Shown: in pieces, positions 44,672-48,628 of the stretch | How the letters are laid out: each line of letters opens with the position of its first letter | Position numbering within the stretch: position 1 is the first letter of the stretch | Assembly (NCBI GenBank): GCA_964490075.1 | Contig: CAZBBK010000041.1 | Coordinates: 1-48,628 of the forward strand | DNA length: 48,628 nucleotides | Source: an uncultured Gemmatimonadota bacterium | GTDB taxonomy: Bacteria; GCA-2686955 | Direction: 5' to 3' | Made by a program: the position numbers and the translations under genes | Notes under the pieces: model-generated | What the model was told of the DNA's origin: nothing | What the model saw: the letters and a program-made list of their open reading frames with translations, nothing else | The model's database searches: none

Positions 44672-45859
44672 ATGTGGTTCAAAAGAGAGTTACGAGAGAG
44701 CCTGCGGCGCTTGGTCGCCACCAGGCCGGTCGTCGTGGTCACAGGAGCTCGCCAGGCCGGCAAGACTTCGTTGGTGCGTCGCACCTTCCCGGACTACCAC
44801 TACGTCAGCTTGGATCTTCCCGCGCTGGCCGCCCAGGCCGAGGATGCGCCGGAGGAGTTCCTGCGCCGCCACCCACCGCCCCTGATCGTAGACGAGGTGC
44901 AATATGCCCCCGGGCTCTTCCGGCACTTGAAGCGCGAGGTCGACGCGAACCGCGCCCAAAACGGCCAGTTCGTGCTGACCGGTTCGCAGAAGTTCGATCT
45001 TCTGCAAGAAGTCTCCGACTCCCTCGCGGGACGCACCGCGATCCTGGAGCTCGAACCGCTCTCTTGTCGCGAGATTCTCCGCGGCAGACCGCAAGCAGAG
45101 ATCGACGAGCTCCTTTTGCGCGGCGGATTCCCCGAGCTGCAGGCGACTACCGGGTTGCGCGCGGACGAGTACTTCGCCGCCTATGTGGCGACCTACCTTG
45201 AGCGCGACCTTAGATCTCAGCTCAATGTGGGCAGTCTGCGTGACTTCGACCGCTTCTTGCGCGCCTGCGCTCTGCGCTCCGGGCAGCTTCTCAACAAATC
45301 CGAGCTGGCGCGCGACATCGGCATCAGCCCAACCACAGCCGGAACCTGGTTATCGGTGCTCGAGGCCTCCAACCAGGCGGTGCTGCTGGAGCCCTGGTTC
45401 AATAACGCGACGCGCTCCATGACCAAAGGCCCCAAGCTCTACCTGACCGACACCGGGTTGCTGTGTTTCCTCGTCGACATCCTCTCGGTAGACGAGCTCC
45501 ACCGTTCCCCCCTGCGCGGCGCGATCTGGGAGACCTTCGTTCTGGTCGAGCTGCGCAAACGGTGGCGCCGATCACGTCCCGCGGCGCGCGTGCACTTCTG
45601 GCGCGACCGCCAGCGCGAGGTCGATTTCCTGCTCCATCGCGGCGGCCGATTCGAGGCATTGGAGGCGAAGTGGACCGAGCACCCGACGAATCGTGACGGC
45701 AGAGGTTTCGATCACTTGGAGGGCTTCTTGGGGCCGGACGCCCTGATCTCGCGCGGCATCATCTGCCGCACGGCCCACTCCTTTCCCATCGCCGCGGGGC
45801 TGTCGGCACTGGACATCCGCAATCCCTGGTTCGACGGGGACGGATGCGGGGCGCAGTGA
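44672..45859 (+). CDS. AAA+ ATPase (AAA_14) with C-terminal DUF4143 domain
   Basis: Walker A TGARQAGKT, Walker B IVDEVQ, LTGS, DSLAGR, GGFPE, TYLERDLR, PKLYLTDTGL, EVDFLL..ALEAK. Confidence 0.92.
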   Translation: MWFKRELRESLRRLVATRPVVVVTGARQAGKTSLVRRTFPDYHYVSLDLPALAAQAEDAPEEFLRRHPPPLIVDEVQYAPGLFRHLKREVDANRAQNGQFVLTGSQKFDLLQEVSDSLAGRTAILELEPLSCREILRGRPQAEIDELLLRGGFPELQATTGLRADEYFAAYVATYLERDLRSQLNVGSLRDFDRFLRACALRSGQLLNKSELARDIGISPTTAGTWLSVLEASNQAVLLEPWFNNATRSMTKGPKLYLTDTGLLCFLVDILSVDELHRSPLRGAIWETFVLVELRKRWRRSRPAARVHFWRDRQREVDFLLHRGGRFEALEAKWTEHPTNRDGRGFDHLEGFLGPDALISRGIICRTAHSFPIAAGLSALDIRNPWFDGDGCGAQ

Positions 45860-45978
45860 AGGCCATGCGCAATGCCGACCCCGTCGCATCAGAGTTTGGC
45901 CCACAGGTCGAGTGTCGCGATTCTGCCGGCAAAGTGTGGTTTTCCGGACCGTTTAGGACTTCTATCGAGGACCGCGCA

Positions 45979-46222
45979 CCGACTGGCGCTCAGAACAACC
46001 ACGCCGATCCAATCTACGATCTCGCGGGCAACGTGTGGGAATGGGCGAACGACTGGCGGGAGTGCAGTTTGGGCACCGACCCGGTTGTCGATCCCTCGGG
46101 GCCGATCAGCGGCTAGAAGCTGGTACTGAGGGGGGGCGTTTGGTATCGCGGGAGCTACTACCTGCGGTCCGCTGCCCGCTACGGTTATCACCCCTTCGGA
46201 ATCGGCTTCCGCCCCCGCGGCC
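45979..46222 (+). pseudogene. Isolated C-terminal fragment of an FGE-sulfatase/CLec paralog
   Basis: PTGAQNNHADPIYDLAGNVWEWANDWRECSLGTDPVVDPSGPISG*KLVLRGGVWYRGSYYLRSAARYGYHPFGIGFRP. Collinear with the end of 43533-44606; in-frame TAG at 46114-46116. Confidence 0.85.
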
Positions 46223-46478
46223 GATCTCTCCCGCGCTGGCTCGCCGGTCGTGCGGCGGCCCTTCCGGAAGCGCGCCGGTCTTTCGAGGCGCGGGAGCAGC
46301 ATGGTCTCGCACCTCGGCTCGACTCCTGCGTGGCGGCGGGTGGCTCTGTTGCGAGGGTGAGGGGAACTGTCATTGGTCGGTGTATGATCTCCAGATCGAG
46401 AGCGCGGATTGCCGGGTCGCATTCATGATCGATCGGTGAGCGCGCGATTTCATTGAAGACAACGCTGGAGCAGAAACG

Positions 46479-48628
46479 ATGCGAAGAGGCAGCGGCACTC
46501 GAGTAGCGCCTTTGTTAGTAGGAACGATTCTCGCGGGCCTGAGCTCCTGCGGTGAAGACCCGCCGGGCCCGCCGCCTCCGCCGCCGGACCTGGCCCCATC
46601 GGACACCACCCTTGCCGTCCCCGAAGGCGTGACCGAGATCGAGATGCAGGGCGACATCGTGGTTGAGCTTCGCTCATCGGCGGTGAACGCCGGAGCCGAC
46701 ATCGCGCTGGAGGTCACCGATGAGCCAGATGAGCTTCTCGCCTCGCCATATTCTCTCAGATCCGAGGTGGCCTCGGTGGCGTTTCCGGCGTCTGCCGTCA
46801 ACCCATCACCAGGGTCTCCTCTCGATTCCGTCCTGACCGTCACATTGCCAATCGACGACCTCGAACTGACTGGTGCGGCAGCGGCCGTTGCCGCTCTTAC
46901 TCTGAACGACGGGTCTCGGCTGTCCACATACACGAAGGTGACGCCCGAGATGACCGAGGTCGAGGTTCCGCTGCGCCCGGCGATCATGCTCGAAGCGATC
47001 GAAGACCTCTTGCCCTCCGAGCTTTCGTGGGAAGTGTTCGTGATGGAATCGGAGAACCCGTGGCAGGCGTCGTCCGGCCCTCTCGGCGGAATCGATTTGA
47101 GCCGGGCCACACTCGATCCTTGGTACATGTACCAGATCTTGAACCGAAATATGGGCTTGGCAGAGGTGGTAGGAGGGGCCTATAGCGGCCCCAAGATCCC
47201 CGTCGTGCTCGTGCACGGGTGGAACCTCTTGCCCGACCCCTGGCTCGACTTCTGGCCCTTCGACCCTCAGCACAAGATCGAGTCGTACTGGCAAGGCTTC
47301 GCCGAGGTCTTCTTCGACGAAGCTGACGGTTACTGGGCGGACTACTTCGATCTCTTCGCTTTTCGCTATGACGAGGATCGGAGGGTGACCTACAGCGGAC
47401 AGCTGTTGCGAGACGCTCTCGGCACGCTATTTCCGGATACGCCCGTGATTGCCGTGGCGCATTCGATGGGAGGTCTGGTGTCGCGGCATGCGCTGGTCGA
47501 CTACGGTGGCGATGCTCCCATTCACGCCTTGATCACACTCGCGACGCCGCATCATGGGTCGCCCCTCGCCATCATCCCGGGCGCGTTCACGCACCCGATG
47601 GGCGACTCATCCGATGACCTGGTGCCGGATGGCGAGCTCGATGGCGACGTGAATTCGAATCCTGTGCTCTCGGCAATGAACTCCGCGGACGATTTCGCCG
47701 GTCGCTACGTTGTGTATCGGGAGATGTACCCGTGGAACAACCCGCTGTACTTGGTCGGCGCCGCGATGCTCGATGCGTACTACATCGATGCGCTGGCGCC
47801 CTTCGAGGTCGGTTCCGACGGTGTCGTTCCCCACGGCAGCGCGGAGTTCAGAAACGGAGGGAGCTTTCGGGGCACGAACTTGAAGACCGGCGGGGATCAC
47901 AGCTCGATCTGTGCCGATGACGACAACGAGACCATCAGCACGGGTGTTCTGTTCGATCTGCTTGATCTGGCGTATCCGACCCTTCCTGCCGATCCGAGCC
48001 CGCCGGACGGCGCCGGGGGGATCGGCGTGACGGTCGATCTCGCTTGGTCGGACTGCAACAGATTTGGCGGGAGTGGAGTCGAGTACGATCTCTACTTTGG
48101 CGATGGTTCGGATCCACCGTTCTGGACGCGCACGAGCGATACCAGCCACACAATGAACTTGATAGCGAGCGCCGACTACTACTGGCGCGTCACCGCGGTC
48201 GATCCGGAGGGGGACACGAACGAGGGGCCCGTGTGGAGCTTCACGACGGGCACAGCTACTAACACTCCTCCCGACGCGACGATCACCAGTCCTTCCGAAG
48301 GTGCCACATACGATGAGGGCGTATCGATTCAGTTCATCGGCAGTGTAGACGACAACGAAGACGATCCGTTTCCCAGCGACTGGATGGTCTGGACATCCAG
48401 CCGGGATGGTCAGATTGGGACGGGCGAATCGTTCTCGCGTTCGGATCTCAGCGTCGGCAGCCACACGATCACATTGACTGCGACCGATTCGGGCTACTTG
48501 ACGGACACGGAGACGGTATCGATCACGGTGACCTCGGATGAGCCACCGCCGGTCGGCTCTTTTGTTTTGGTCCCCTCCGGCAGTTTCACGATGGGGGACG
48601 GTGTGTCGTATTGCGGCGTTGGCGAGCG
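46479..48628 (+). CDS. Large multidomain lipoprotein (partial): alpha/beta-hydrolase (lipase-like), FN3-like, Ig/PKD-like and start of an FGE-sulfatase domain
   Basis: Translated by hand; open from ATG 46479 (GGAG RBS) to the window end, so absent from the ORF track. Lipobox LSSC then a poly-Pro linker; VVLVHGW, VAHSMGGLVSR, ITLATPHHGSP, SDGVVP, GDHS; YYWRVTAVD..GPVWSFTT; NTPPDATITSP..VGSHTITLTATD; FVLVPSGSFTMGDGVSYCG. Confidence 0.85.
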   Translation, partial: MRRGSGTRVAPLLVGTILAGLSSCGEDPPGPPPPPPDLAPSDTTLAVPEGVTEIEMQGDIVVELRSSAVNAGADIALEVTDEPDELLASPYSLRSEVASVAFPASAVNPSPGSPLDSVLTVTLPIDDLELTGAAAAVAALTLNDGSRLSTYTKVTPEMTEVEVPLRPAIMLEAIEDLLPSELSWEVFVMESENPWQASSGPLGGIDLSRATLDPWYMYQILNRNMGLAEVVGGAYSGPKIPVVLVHGWNLLPDPWLDFWPFDPQHKIESYWQGFAEVFFDEADGYWADYFDLFAFRYDEDRRVTYSGQLLRDALGTLFPDTPVIAVAHSMGGLVSRHALVDYGGDAPIHALITLATPHHGSPLAIIPGAFTHPMGDSSDDLVPDGELDGDVNSNPVLSAMNSADDFAGRYVVYREMYPWNNPLYLVGAAMLDAYYIDALAPFEVGSDGVVPHGSAEFRNGGSFRGTNLKTGGDHSSICADDDNETISTGVLFDLLDLAYPTLPADPSPPDGAGGIGVTVDLAWSDCNRFGGSGVEYDLYFGDGSDPPFWTRTSDTSHTMNLIASADYYWRVTAVDPEGDTNEGPVWSFTTGTATNTPPDATITSPSEGATYDEGVSIQFIGSVDDNEDDPFPSDWMVWTSSRDGQIGTGESFSRSDLSVGSHTITLTATDSGYLTDTETVSITVTSDEPPPVGSFVLVPSGSFTMGDGVSYCGVGE

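Noticed and set aside
45979-46222. Candidate DGR template region (TR) for the 43533-44606 gene
   Set aside because: Differences from the putative VR occur at all bases, including synonymous scaffold positions. It is not AAC-rich and no RT or avd is adjacent, so it is a paralog fragment.

Overview
GC-rich bacterial chromosomal window. The FlgD-Ig-tailed S8 protease and the secreted beta-helix proteins suggest, by inference only, an FCB-related diderm such as Eisenbacteria, Krumholzibacteriota or Latescibacterota. About 1-30 kb is mostly envelope and housekeeping genes: beta-helix proteins, SppA, DUF2333, a sulfotransferase, an LBP/BPI-like protein, a GH13 maltosyltransferase-like enzyme, a response regulator, an S8 protease, a GNAT, amgK/murU-like and namZ peptidoglycan-recycling genes, an M29 aminopeptidase, two decayed DUF3857/transglutaminase genes and a TetR-RND efflux operon with a visible operator. 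30-35 kb is a decaying accessory patch: 39-bp direct repeats bracket an MNT-HEPN pair and an IS91-family relic, followed by truncated LVIVD and GH-like genes. 35-41 kb carries an RmlD-like SDR, a 125-bp MITE-like element sitting in a CTAG shared by two stop codons, a sulfatase-like transferase, and an M14 peptidase plus GCS2-CBS ligase pair. From 41.4 kb to the end there is IS debris (DUF4338-ISAs1, IS1380), then three paralogous FGE-sulfatase (CLec-fold) modules: an intact gene whose C-terminus has the codon signature of a diversity-generating-retroelement variable region, a silent C-terminal cassette, and a large lipase-FN3-Ig-FGE lipoprotein that runs off the window and is missing from the ORF track. 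No reverse transcriptase, template region, CRISPR array, tRNA or rRNA was seen. All family calls are from motif recognition by eye, not database searches.
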